Made by a program: the position numbers and the translations under genes. Positions 35,851 through 47,446 of a DNA stretch of 64,000 nucleotides are shown piece by piece; position 1 is the stretch's first letter; the number at the start of each line of letters is the position of its first letter. The notes under the pieces were generated by a model. The model saw nothing but the letters and a program-made list of their open reading frames with translations. It had not been told where the DNA came from and searched no databases. Origin of the DNA: Chiloscyllium plagiosum (taxonomy: Eukaryota); contig NC_057717.1 in assembly GCF_004010195.1 (NCBI RefSeq), positions 105,169,927 through 105,233,926 on the forward strand, read 5' to 3'.

Positions 35851-38502
35851 ACCCACATAAAAGATTAGAATGTAAAATTAAAGCATAAGAGATTGGGAGT
35901 AGTATATTGACATGAGTATAGAAATGGTTGGCAGATAGGAAACAAAAGTACAAATAAACAGGTCTTTTTCAAATGGAAAGCAATAACTAGTAAGGTACAG
36001 CAGGGGTCAGTAGTTGGACACCAGCTATTCACAACATATATTAATAATTTAAATGAGGGAATTAAATTGTAATAACCCCAAGTTTCCAGACAACAGAAAG
36101 CTGGGTGGGAGACTAAACTATGAGGAGTAGGCAAAGATGCTTCAGCATGATTTGGACAAGTTAGCCAAGATGGACAAGGGCAAACACATAATGTTTGAAG
36201 GATAATCTAGATAAATGTTAGGTTTTCCACTTTGGTAGCAAAAACAGGAAGACAGATTATGTGAATGGCGATAATTTGGGAAAGGGGGAGGGAAATGAGA
36301 CCTGGGTGCCCTTGTTCACCAGTAACTTAAGGTAAGCGTGTCGATGCAGAAGGCAATGACGAAGGCAAATGGTATGTTGGCCTTCATAGAACATAGAAAA
36401 CCAGAACATAGAACAGTACAGCACAGTTAGGCCTTCAGCCTTCAGCCTTCGATGTTGTGCCAATCTTTTATCCTGCTCTAAGATCAAACTAACCTACATA
36501 ACCTTCAGTTTACTATCATCCATGTGTGTATCAAAATGTCATTTAAATGTCCCTAACATATCTGATTCTACTACCATTTCTGGCAGTGCATTCCACGCAC
36601 CCACCACTTTCTGTGTAAAGAACCAACCTCTGACATCACCTCTGAACATTCCTCCAATCAACTTAAAATTATGGCCCTCATGATAGCCATTTCTGCCCTG
36701 GAAAAAGTTTCCGGCTATCCACTTTATCTATGCCTCATCATCTGATACACTGCTATCAAGTCACCTCCCATCCTTTTTTGCTCTAATGAGAAAAGCCCTA
36801 GCTCCCTCAACCTTTCTTCATAAGACATGCCCTCCAGTCCAGGCAGCATTCTGGTAAATATCCTCTGCACCCTTTCTAGAGCTTCCACATCCTTCCTATA
36901 ATGAGGCGACCAGAACTGAACACAATAATCCAACTGTGGTCTAACTAGGGCTCAATAGAGCTGCAGCATAATCTCGTAGCTTTTAAACTCAATCCACCTG
37001 CCAATGAAAGACAACACACCAAACACCTTCTTAACAACCCTATCAACTTGGCTGGCAATTTTCAGGGATTTATGGACATGGACCCCAAGGTCCCACTGTT
37101 CTTCCACACTGCCAATAATCCTGCCTTTAACCCTGTAATCTGCATTCAAATTTGATCTTCTAAAATGGATAACTTCATAATTTTACAGGTTGAACTCCAT
37201 CTGCCACGTCTCTGCCCAGCTCTGCATCCTGTCAATGTCCCATTGCAACCTATAACAGCCTTCCACACTATACACAATTCCATCAAACTTACTAACTCTT
37301 CCTTATCCAAGTCATTTATACAAATCACAAAGAACAGAGGTCCCAGAACAGATCCCTGCAGAACACCACTGGTCACCGAGCTCCAGGTTGAATACTTTCC
37401 ACCTGCTACTACCCTCTGTCTTCTATGAGCCATGCAATTCTGTTACCAGACAGCCAGATTTCCCTGTATCCCATGCTTCCTTACTTTCTGAATGAGCCTA
37501 CCATGGGGATCCTTATCAAATGCCTTGCTAAAATCCATGTGCACTACATCCACTGTTCTACCTTCATCAATGTGTTTTCCACATCCTCAAAGAATTTAAT
37601 AAGGTTTGTGAGATATGACCTGCCCCCCACAAAGCCATGCTGACTACCTCTAATCAAGCTATGCTTTTCCAAATAATCATAAATCCTGTCTGTAAGTAAC
37701 CTCCCCGATAATTCACCCACCACCGATGTAAGACTGACTGGTCTGCAATTCCTAGGGTTATCTCTATTCCCTTTCATGAACAAGGGAATAATATTACCAC
37801 CCTCCAATGATTTGGTACTACTACAGTGGACAGTGAGGATGCAAAGATCATCGCCAAAGGTGCAGCAGTCTCTTCCCCGCTTCCCATAGTAACCTTGGGT
37901 ATATCCTATCTGGTTCACAGGACTTATCTATCCTCATGTTTTTCAAAATTTCCAGCACATCCTCCTTCTTAACATCAACCTGTTTGAGCATATCAGCCTG
38001 TTTCTTGCTGTTTTCACAAACGACAAGGTCCGTCTCACTATGAATACAGAAGCAAAGTATTCATTAAGGACCTCCCCTAACTGGTCTGACTCCAGGTACA
38101 ACTTTCCTCCAATATCCCTGATTGGCCCCACCCTCACTCTGGCCATCCTCTTGTTCCTCACATAAGTGTAGAGTACTTTGGGGTTTTCTTTAATCCTACC
38201 TATCAAGGCTTTTTCATGCCCCATTATAGCTCTTCTTAGTCTATTCTTCAGTTCCTTCTTGGCTACCTTGTAACCCTCTAGAGCCCTGTCTGATCCTTGC
38301 CTTTTCAACCTTAAATAAGCTTCCATCTTCCTCTTGACTAGATGTTCCACATCTGTTGTCATCCAAAGTTCTTTCACCCTTCCTTACCTCAGTGGGACAA
38401 ACCTATTCGGCACTCACAGCAAGTGCTCCCTAAACAACCTCCACATTTCTGTCATGCATTTCCCTGCCCCAAATTGTAATTCCCCTGCCCCAAATTAAAT
38501 TA

Positions 38503-38710
38503 GTGGGCGGCACGGTGGCACAGTGGTTAACACTGCTGCCTCACAGCACCAGAGACCCGGGTTCAATGCTAAATTGCCCGTAGTGTTAGGTTAAGGGGTA
38601 AATGTAGGGGTATGGGTGGGTTGCGCTTCAGCGGGTCGGTGTGGACTTGTTGGGCCGAAGGGCCTGTTTCCGCACTGTAATGTAATCTAATCTAATCTAA
38701 TCTAAAAAAA
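38503..38710 (+). mobile_element. Young HE1-type SINE with internal deletion, TSD AAATTAAAT
   Basis: gggcggcacggtggcacagtggtt..cgggttcaa joined directly to tgctaaattgcccg; (taatc)n + A tail. Confidence 0.9.
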
Positions 38711-38726
38711 AATTAAATACTTTCCT

Positions 38727-39037
38727 AGGACAAACCAAACAGAGACACGCACGAGAATTCCTGGAAGCATAGCATTCCAGCCAGAACTCTATCAACAAAC
38801 ACATCGAGTTAGACCCCATCTACCACCCCGGGAGAAAAAGAACAGGAAATGACATCACCACAAGAAATGACATCACCACAGGAAATGACATCACCAATCC
38901 AAAGAAACTCAAACATAAAGATAGAAAGTAGGAATCATGAATAGTGCTTTGCCTGGAGGCCCACAGAAGATGTTACCTAGTAGGGTGACGAAACATCTGG
39001 AAATGAACCTTCCAGCTCAGCGAGCAAACCTACATCC
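38727..39037 (+). mobile_element. Poseidon-type PLE 3' fragment with decayed hammerhead (38964-38997)
   Basis: GQTKQRHAREFLEA*HS. Three copies of aggaaatgacatcacca. CAGAAGA-UGUUACC(UAGUAG)GGUGAC-GAAA-CAUC. Flanked by aaatactttcc/aaataccttcc. Confidence 0.85.
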
Positions 39038-39256
39038 AAATACCTTCCCATATCATCTGCTCCTATCCCTCTCCATGACTGTAGCAAAGATCAGGGAGTA
39101 GTGGTCACTATCAGTGAAATGCTCTCCCACCAAGAGATCTGACACCTGACCATGTTCATTACCAAGCACCAAATTCAATACGGCCTCCCGTCTAGTTAGC
39201 CTATCTACATATTAATTCAGGAATCCTTCCTGGACACACCTGACAAAGTCTGCTCC

Positions 39257-39606
39257 GGTAGAAAGTGAGGACTGCAGATGCTGGAGATCAGAGTCGAGAG
39301 TGTAGTTCTGGAAAAGCACAGCCAGTCAGGCAGCATCCGAGGAGCAGGAGAATCGATGTTTCGACCATAAACTTTTCACCAGGAATTAAGCTTGTAGGCC
39401 AAGGGGCTGAGAGATAAATGGAAGGGGGGAACAAGCATTCTCAGCTACCTTCCCCCATCCCCAGGCCCACCCCCCCCTCTCATTTATCTCTCAGCTTCCT
39501 TAGTCCACACCTCATTACTAACGAAGAGCTTATGCTCGAAATGTTAATTATCTTGCTCCTGGGATGCTGCCTGACTGGCTGTATTTTTCCAGCACCACAC
39601 TCTCTT
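39257..39606. mobile_element. Fold-back PLE pLTR element with 12-bp TSD AAAGTCTGCTCC
   Basis: Inverted arms around ~39450. TSD at 39245-39256 and 39607-39618. Two degenerate hammerhead cores. Confidence 0.85.
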
Positions 39607-41814
39607 AAAGTCTGCTCCATCCAAACAATTTGTACTAAGGAGATTCCAATAAAGTGGAATTTTAGGGAATTCAAAGTCATCCATGACAACAACCATGTTA
39701 CTTCTGCACCTTTCCAAAATCTGCCTCCCAATATGTTCCTCTGTGTCACTGTTGCTATTGGAGGGTCAACAGAAAACTCCCAATAAAGTGACTGCTCCTT
39801 TCCAGTTTCTGACTTCCACCCATAAAGACTGAGGATTTTAGGGATGTTTTACTACGGTTGAACAGGGTGTTGGTGAGACCACACCTAGAGTATACAGTTT
39901 TGGTCTCCGTATCTGTGGAAGGATATTCTGGCTATGGAGGGAATACAATGAAGGTTTACCAGACTGATTCCTGGAATGGCAGAAATGACATAATGAGAGA
40001 AACTGGGTTGTTTAGGAATTCACTGGAGTTTAGTAGAATGAGTGTGTCCTCATAGACACTTATCAAATTCTAACAGAGCTAGACAGGCTAAACACAGGAA
40101 GGATGATCTTAATGACCAGGGAGTGCAGAACCTGGAGTCACAGTCTAAGGATATGGGATAGGTCATTTAGGACAGAGATGAAGAGAAATTTCTTCACCCA
40201 GAGATTGGTCAGCCTGTGGAATCCTTTGCCATAGAAAGCAATTAAGGTCAAAATCTTGAATGTTTTAAGAGGTGGAGATAATTCTTAGGGCTAAAGGGAT
40301 CAAAGGGTTTGGGATGAAAGCAGGAACGGGGTTCTGATTTGGATAATCGACTATTACCATATTAAATACGAGAGTTGACTCAAAGGGCCAAATTGCCTAC
40401 ACCTGCTCTTATTTTCAGTGCTTACATAAATCCTTATTTCTGATCTAGAACAGACAAAAGATTGCCATTTTTCCTTTAGAGATTTCCAACTGAACCTCCA
40501 AGGCAAGAACCTTCACAGCTGAAGCGATCCAGTCCTGCAATCCACAAGAAGGAGGGTGGATTAATTCTGAAGTCATGCCAAGCTTTTACACTGATCGCTG
40601 ACATACTCCATAGTTTAAAGGTTCAAAATTCCCATTGACACCTACTGAAATAAGGTAGCTAAAGAGGGGTAAGGTGGCAGTTTGGTGAAGGCCCAGTTGG
40701 TTGAGTAGAAGTAAGTGGGTGAGTGCTCTGGGTAGGGCCGGGGAAGGAGGACAGGAGGGTGAAAGAGATGGTTTTGGGGAGCGCAGGGGGTGGATTTGTG
40801 TACGAGTTCTCTGACTCTACCTCCAGGTTTTGGGAACTTCTTAAAAGAGTTCCAAGTAGTTATCCAATAGAAGCTTAACTTTCTGGGCAATTCCTACAAA
40901 GGCAGATGAGATAGGACTTCAGCATTGTCCCAACATGCAACGCTAGCCTAGGTTTTTGCAATGATTACCTTTGTGTTGGAAAATCTGGTCATGAATATAT
41001 CTAAGCAAAGGCTTTGAATGGGGATATTTTGACAGAATTAAATTTGCTCTGAATTTGCAAGATAATATTTGCTGTATCTGCAAGATAGAATATCAATACA
41101 TATAAAAGCAATTTTAAGGCCTAGATTCTGTTAAACCAAAATATGGCTATTGAAGAACCATTACAAGAGATATTGTTTCTAAGTTACAGCCAGTTAAATC
41201 TCAGTCTTCGCCTACCATATTATAAACTGTAGGCACTAAACATGTTTTATACCATCCTGCTTCTGAGATTGTAATTTAAGTAGATTTTCAAAGCTGTTAT
41301 TCCAAGAGCATCCCTCTGTGGTACCCAAAAACAACAGCATGAGAATGACAGCAAGGGCTTGATCTTAAAAATAATTCAAACAGATTGCAATGCTTAAATT
41401 AACCCCTTCACTAGGTTTTGATTTGATAGTCCACATTATAGCACTGATAAAGCCTGCTGGTGTTTTCCCTTCTTTTTCACTTATTTCCATATTTTCAGGA
41501 ATACCCAAAAATTTAAACGGTTTGTGCAAAGAATAAATTGTGTGGACAATAGCCAAGGTATCTGCTCAACTCAAAAGATTTTCATAGTCAGGCCTCAAAC
41601 AATCAATGCAAATTTTGAGCTTCCTATGCTACTGCACACCATCATTGCCAGCTCACCAACAGGTACCTTCTTTCTGTTGAAGATGCCAGAGGTACACATT
41701 TCAGAAGACTAGCTTTTTTAAATGAAGAGCTTGCCTGCCAGAAAATCCAAAATACATCAGAGAGTGTGAAAGAATCCATCATCAGTGAGAGATTTTGATG
41801 CACTGAAATTGTGG

Positions 41815-43667
41815 CATTAAGAAGCTTTGACAAAACTGAAGTCAATGGGAATTAGGAGAAAACTCTCACTGGTTGAAGTCATATCTAACACAAAGGAAAA
41901 TAGTTGTGCTTGTTGGAGACTAATCATCTCCAATAAAGGACAGGCTTCGAGTTCCTTAGAATAATGTTGCGCTCTCAACAATCTTCAACTGCTTCATTAA
42001 TAATCTTCCTGCTGTCACATGATGAGAAATGGGGAGATTCACTAACAATTTCACAAATTTCCCTGCCATTCTGATCCACAGATACTGAAGTAGTCTATGT
42101 CAGCAAGATCTGGACAACATCCAGACTTCAGATGATAAGTGACAAGTAACAGTTGGGGAACCCAATTGCCAGGTTGACGGCTGTACAGGAAAGAGAGAGG
42201 GGTGGCAGAGCTGTAGTGAAAGGGGATTTATTAGTCAGGGAAACCGGCATGTGTTTCTGCAACTATAGATGTGACTCCAATATGCTGCTTCCCTGGTGCC
42301 AGGATCATTAATGTCACAGGACAGCTGCAGGACATTCGTCAGGGAAGAGTGATCAGCCAGAGGTGGTGGTCTATATTAGTATCTATGATATAAATAGGAA
42401 GAGGTATGTGACCTGCAGTCAGAATTTAGGGAGATAGATTGAAAATTATTAAGCAGGACCTGAAAAGATGTAATCCCTGGATTACCATCGACAATTGAGC
42501 ACAGAAATGGGATGATAAGACAAATAAATTTATGGCTGGAAAGATGATGCAGGAGGAAGGGGATTGGCTCGGATGGGGAAAGCACCTGTATAAGCCAGGT
42601 AGGTTGTTCTGGAACACAGCCAGATGGAATTCCTTGCAGGACATTTTGCCAGTGATTGGGAGGAGGCTTTAAACTATCTCCACAGGTTATTGGAACCAGG
42701 ACAGAATAGTGAATAATACCAGGATACATAAAATACATATGGACAGACAGCACTAGAAAACCATATGTATGTGAATGATCAGAGTACAGCACATAAGACT
42801 GGTCAGTTGCTGGCACAGATTGCCATGTTATATTTTGATATTGTGGTAATGTGAGACCTGGCTGGAAGAGAGCAAGACAAGGACGTAAAGTATTCCTGTT
42901 TACAGGGTATTTAGCAAAGATAGGTAAAAGGAGGAGAGAGTAGTGGTATTGGTAAGGATAGCATTACAATACTGGAGAAAGAAGATGTCTCAGACGGTTC
43001 AAGAACAGAATCAATTTGGCTTGAGCTAAAGAACAAAATGGGTGCAATTATATTGCGAGATGTAGTCTACTGACCATTAACTAGTAGGAAGGCTATAAAG
43101 GAACAAATCTTCAGGGTAACTACAGAGAGGTCAGGCATTATGGAGGATTAACCACAGGGGATTTTAATTATCCAAATATAATGTTAGTTTTAAGGGAAGA
43201 GTGGGGCAAGAATTCTTATATTGTGTTCAGGAAAATCTCCTACAGTTAAACAAGAAAGGAGGCACTGCGTAACTTGTTTCCTGGGAACAATATGGGCCAA
43301 ATAGATCAAAAGTCAGTGTGGAAATGTTTAGAGGACGGTCATCATTGTATTATCAGGTTTAGAATAATGCTGAAAAAGGGCAATGGACTATACAGTAAGA
43401 ATAATTAACTGAATGTTGCATAACTTAATGGTAAGAATTGAGTTAGGCCAGATTAACTTGAGGCAAAGTTTGGCAAGAAAAATTGTAGCCATGTCAAAAT
43501 CCACAAATTCCTTCATAACAGCTCTGCCAGTGTCCCTATACTCCAAGGACCTTAGCAGTTCAAGACAGCTGTTCACCACCACCTTCTCCAGGGCAGTTAG
43601 GGATGGGGCAATAAATGCTGGCCTAACCAGCAACATCCACATCCCATGAACACTTAGTTTAAAAAAA
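41815..43667 (+). mobile_element. Nested old CR1 fragments: old RT and 3' end plus an ORF1 esterase/APE fragment (~42180-43480)
   Basis: AVVKGDLLVR..CFPGAR..EVVVYISI (esterase); ESIWLELKNK, GDFNYP (APE); A-tailed 3' end at ~43660. Confidence 0.7.
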
Positions 43668-44242
43668 TGAACCTATGGTAACTGGTTGTGCTTCTTGTTG
43701 CATGTGATGACATAAGCCTATGATAGCCTCCTTAGAAAAGCATGCTGGGCAGTCCTGGCTTAAGGTGACATAGAAATGGCTGCCTGTGAGTTTTAGGTTA
43801 CATAAAATTGGTGGAGAAGATTTTTAGCTGAAGCAGTAGCCTGTTTAATGTAGTATTAAAGTAAACCATAAGTTAGGACAATTGTAGCTCTGTAGACAGA
43901 ATGTATCCAAGGTAACAAGATTAAGATAGCACAGAAAGGGTCTGACAATGAGTACACAAAGGGTCCTGTTGCGTACATGCAGCTGCAGTTGTTTTTTACA
44001 CACAGCTGGATAAGGACACCATTAAGTATGCTGATAAAGTAATTCCATACCTAGCTGATTTAAAGTCTGAGATCCAGCACAAATAAATTTACTTTAGTTA
44101 AAATTCCCAGATAACCATAGTCATATATTTTGAATATGTTTTATATATATATATATATAAAGTCTCTTAAAAAGGACACAATAAGCATTAAAGCAATTCC
44201 ATTAAATTCCTATGAACAGACAGCCTTAGACAATAAGGAAAG

Positions 44243-44815
44243 GCAGATCCACACCCCCCACCAACCCAACCTCCACTCCCGGCACCTTCCCCTGCAACCG
44301 CAGGAGGTGCAAGACTTGCGCCCACACCTCCCCCCTCACCTCCCTCCAAGGCCCCAAAGGAAACTTCCATATCCGCCACAGATTCACCTGTACCTCCACA
44401 CATATCATCTATTGCACCCTCTGCACCCGATGTGGCCTCCTCTATATTGGGGAGACAGGCCGGCTACTTGCGGAGCGTTTCAGAGAACACCTATGGGACA
44501 CCCGGACCAACCAACCCAACCACCCTGTAGCTCAACATTTCAATTCCCCCGACCTCTCCGCCCCCCCCCCCGTCTGACCTATCACCCTCACCTTGACCTC
44601 TTTCCACCTATCACATTTCCGACGCCCCTCCCCCCAGTCCCTCCTCCCTACCTTTTATCTTCGCCTGCTGGACACACTTTCCTCATTCCTGAAGAAGGGC
44701 TTATGCCCGAAACGTCGATTCTCCTGTTCCCTGGATGCTGCCTGACCTGCTGCGCTTTTCCAGCAACACATTTTCAGCTCTGATCTCCAGCATCTGCAGA
44801 CCTCACTTTCTCCTC
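44243..44815 (+). mobile_element. Young Neptune-type PLE 3' fragment with 12-bp TSD CAATAAGGAAAG
   Basis: PGTFPCNRRRCKTC..IIYCTLCTRCGLLYIGETGRLLAERFREH..PVAQHF (GIY-YIG) followed by the pLTR. TSD at 44231-44242 and 44816-44827. Confidence 0.9.
44689..44716 (+). ncRNA. Minimal hammerhead ribozyme motif
   Basis: CUGAAGA-A-GGGC(UUAU)GCCC-GAAA-CGUC, directly downstream of the GIY-YIG coding region. Confidence 0.8.
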
Positions 44816-45309
44816 CAATAAGGAAAGACCCCCAGACTGCTTACAGACAGAACTGAAATCAGCAGACATTGGAATGTGGATTGAATAAGATGCATTGTAA
44901 AAGCCTCAGCATAAAGATAGAGATATCTAGTAAACATTGAGATTGTGGGAATACCTGGGGTTGTCCATAAGGCTGCCCATCACTGACCATGCAGTCACAT
45001 GTTTAACCTGATTGGATGTACATGTGATCAATTAGTAATATAATTGGTTTGTTATAGTCAAAGGTGGGCTGAAAACAACTGTATACAGTTTATGTCCTTC
45101 CTTTGCTCAGAGAAGAAGCTTCTGGATCAACCGGAGGTTTCTTCCCACTGGTCTCACTTCAATAAATTCTTTGATTCTAGAAGTGGACTCTGGATGTTAA
45201 GGGATTTACTTAGTCATTTTGCCTCAACCAGCACATGCTGTTCTCACACTGCATAATGTGTTCTGAAGAAGAGTGAACTTCAACAATTGGTGTCATGTCA
45301 GCCCAGATA

Positions 45310-45845
45310 ATGTATTGAAAGTGTGAGCTTCCCTGTGTGAGGCTGTCTGTGCTACAATGGTCAGACTGATTCTAATCTAAAAAACAGATTTACAGAATCT
45401 TACATGGATTCATGCAGTTTTTGTGCAAGGTAAAATGCAATTCTGTAAGTACAAATTCACCCCACAAACTTATATGTGTATGTGTGCATGTGGGTTTACA
45501 TCTGGGCCAACATGACATCAGTTGCTCAAGTTCATTTGAGAATGTAACTTCTAAAAAAAGTTTCGTGATTTACATATGAAATAAGTGAAACCAACATGGT
45601 CATTGTAAAAGATGAGAGACTTAACAAACAATCCGGATCTTTTTCAATATATAATTTCAGTTACATCACATTGTAAACTATTGCTATAAATTCTATGTCT
45701 TACAATCTTATTCTCCACAACCACCTGATGAAGGAGCAGCGCTCCGAAAGTTAATGCTTCCAAATAAACCTGTTGGACTATAACCTTGTGTTGTGTGATT
45801 TTTAACTTTGCATACCCCAGTCCAACACCAGCATCTCCAAATCAT
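45310..45845 (+). mobile_element. 3' region of a third repeat family with hammerhead motif, probably a PLE
   Basis: No coding motif. Ends ccagtccaacaccagcatctccaaatca and contains a hammerhead core at 45725. Confidence 0.55.
45725..45753 (+). ncRNA. Minimal hammerhead ribozyme motif (third family)
   Basis: CAC-CUGAUGA-A-GGAGC(AGC)GCUCC-GAAA-GUUA-AUG. Perfect 5-bp stem II; stems III and I slightly decayed. Confidence 0.7.
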
Positions 45846-46248
45846 AAATAAAATGCAGGTGAGACAATTTGTTTAACTTCAGTGACTTGTAGTTGATTAA
45901 ATTAAAAGTGAGAGAAATGGTTTTTAAAATTGTTAAAGAGGTTCTGGGATTTGAAGATGATTCTCAAATTTGCCAAGAAAGTTTAAAAGGAGAGAAAAAG
46001 GCCATACTTTTAGAATTAGCAAAGAAGTTAGATTTGGGATTAACCAAGGACAAAAGTAAAGATGAAATTGTAAGGGAATTACTCAAACACTTAGGTGTGT
46101 CAGAGAAACAGACAAGTGCAGTAGAGGTAGAAAAAACTCAAATTACAATTGAGGAAAATGGAGTTAGAATACAAAGAAAGAGAGAGAGAGAGGAAAGAGA
46201 GGAGGAGAGAAAGAGAAAGAGAGAGAGAAGAAAGAAAGAGGAAAAGGA

Positions 46249-47446
46249 GAACATAGAACATAGAAGAATACAGCGCAGTACAGGCCCTTCGGCCCTCGAT
46301 CTTGCGCCGATCCAAGCCCACCTAACCTACACTAGCCCACTATCCTCCATATGCCTATCCAATGCCCGCTTAAATGCCCATAATGAGGGAGAGTCCACCA
46401 CTGCTACTGCAGGGCATTCCATGAACTCACGACACGCTGAGTAAAGAACCTACCCCTAACATCTGCCCTATACCTACCCCCCCTTAATTTAAAGCTATGC
46501 CCCCTTGTAAGAACTCAATAAGGCTTGTGAGGCATGAACTACCCCTCGCAAAGCCATGCTTACTATCTTTAATAAAACTATCTTTTTCCCAATAGTCATA
46601 AATTCCATCCCTCAGGACCCTTTCCTTTACATTGCTTATCGCAGAAGTGCGACTGACTGGTCTGTAATTACCGGGGACTTTCGTATTCGCTTTCTTGGAC
46701 AGAAAAATAACATCCGCCTTCCCTCGGTCATCTAGTACTACGCCCGTGGAGAGTGAGGATACAAAGATCATCGCCAGAAGTGCAACATTCTCATTATTTG
46801 CTTTCCTTAGTACCTTTGGTCCTGTCCTGGGGACTTATCTGCCTTGTTGCTTCCAAAAAAATCCAACATATCGAGTTAATTAACATTAACCTGTTCAAGC
46901 CTATTAAACTGGTCCATGGTGGTCTCACTCTGTCGAGTGAATACTGAAGCAAAACAAAAACCTCATTTAACACCTGCCCTAACTTTTCAATCTCCAGGCG
47001 CAAGTTCTCTCCACTATCCTTGTTCAACCCTACCCTCTGTCTGGTCATTCTGTTATTCCCCATGTATGCTTAGAACGCCTTTGGGTTTTCCATAACCCTT
47101 CCCCCCAAGTTTTTTTCGTTTCCCCTCCCAAATCTCCTCAGTCCATTTCTACAACTCCTCCGACTTTCGTATCGTCCGCAAACTTGCTCACCCAACCTTC
47201 TAACCCCTCTTCCAGGTCATTTATAAAAATGACAAACCGCAATGGTCCCAAAACAGATCCTTGCTGAACACCGCTAGTGACGGCACTCCAGGATGAACCT
47301 TTGCCATCAACTACTACCTTCTGTCTTCTTCCAGCCAGCCAACTCCTAATCCAGACCTCCAACTCACCCTCAATGCCATACCTCCGTATTTTTTGCAGTA
47401 GTCTACCATGGGGAACCTTATCAAACGCCTTACTAAAATCCATATA
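46249..47446 (-). mobile_element. Rearranged CR1 insertion within the Gmr1 gag GA-rich region
   Basis: Three minus-strand pieces: RT core (47140-47446, [19 protein letters not shown]), pre-RT (46510-47138) and 3' tail (46249-46510). Confidence 0.85.

Larger units (their letters stand above)
36388..39825 (-). mobile_element. 5'-truncated CR1 LINE (APE to 3' tail) carrying nested SINE and PLE insertions
   Basis: [52 protein letters not shown]; (gaacata)n tail at 36388. Confidence 0.9.
35160..40425 (+). mobile_element. Old plus-strand CR1 host fragments (35160-35299, 35852-36387, ~39826-40425) split by later insertions
   Basis: Collinear ORF2 pieces: post-APE region, PHKRL..QQGSVVG..KFPD, ANGMLAF | RVLVRPHLEY..RNFFTQR and the 3' end. 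Confidence 0.75.
43703..45285 (+). mobile_element. Long LTR-like element followed by a possible primer-binding site
   Basis: TGTGATG...CTTCAACA, AATAAA at 45161, then at-TGGTGTCA (PBS-like). Interrupted by the PLE at 44243-44815. Confidence 0.45.

Noticed and set aside
38844..38897. Short direct repeats resembling a CRISPR-like array
   Set aside because: An 18-bp tandem repeat without spacers inside a Penelope 3' region of a vertebrate genome.
40479..40638. Open frame after a tttcctttag acceptor (RFPTEPPRQEPSQLKR...)
   Set aside because: Weak donor, unrecognised peptide, and compatible with chance.
44130..44783. 217-aa His/Pro-rich ORF
   Set aside because: An alternative frame of the Penelope GIY-YIG fragment.
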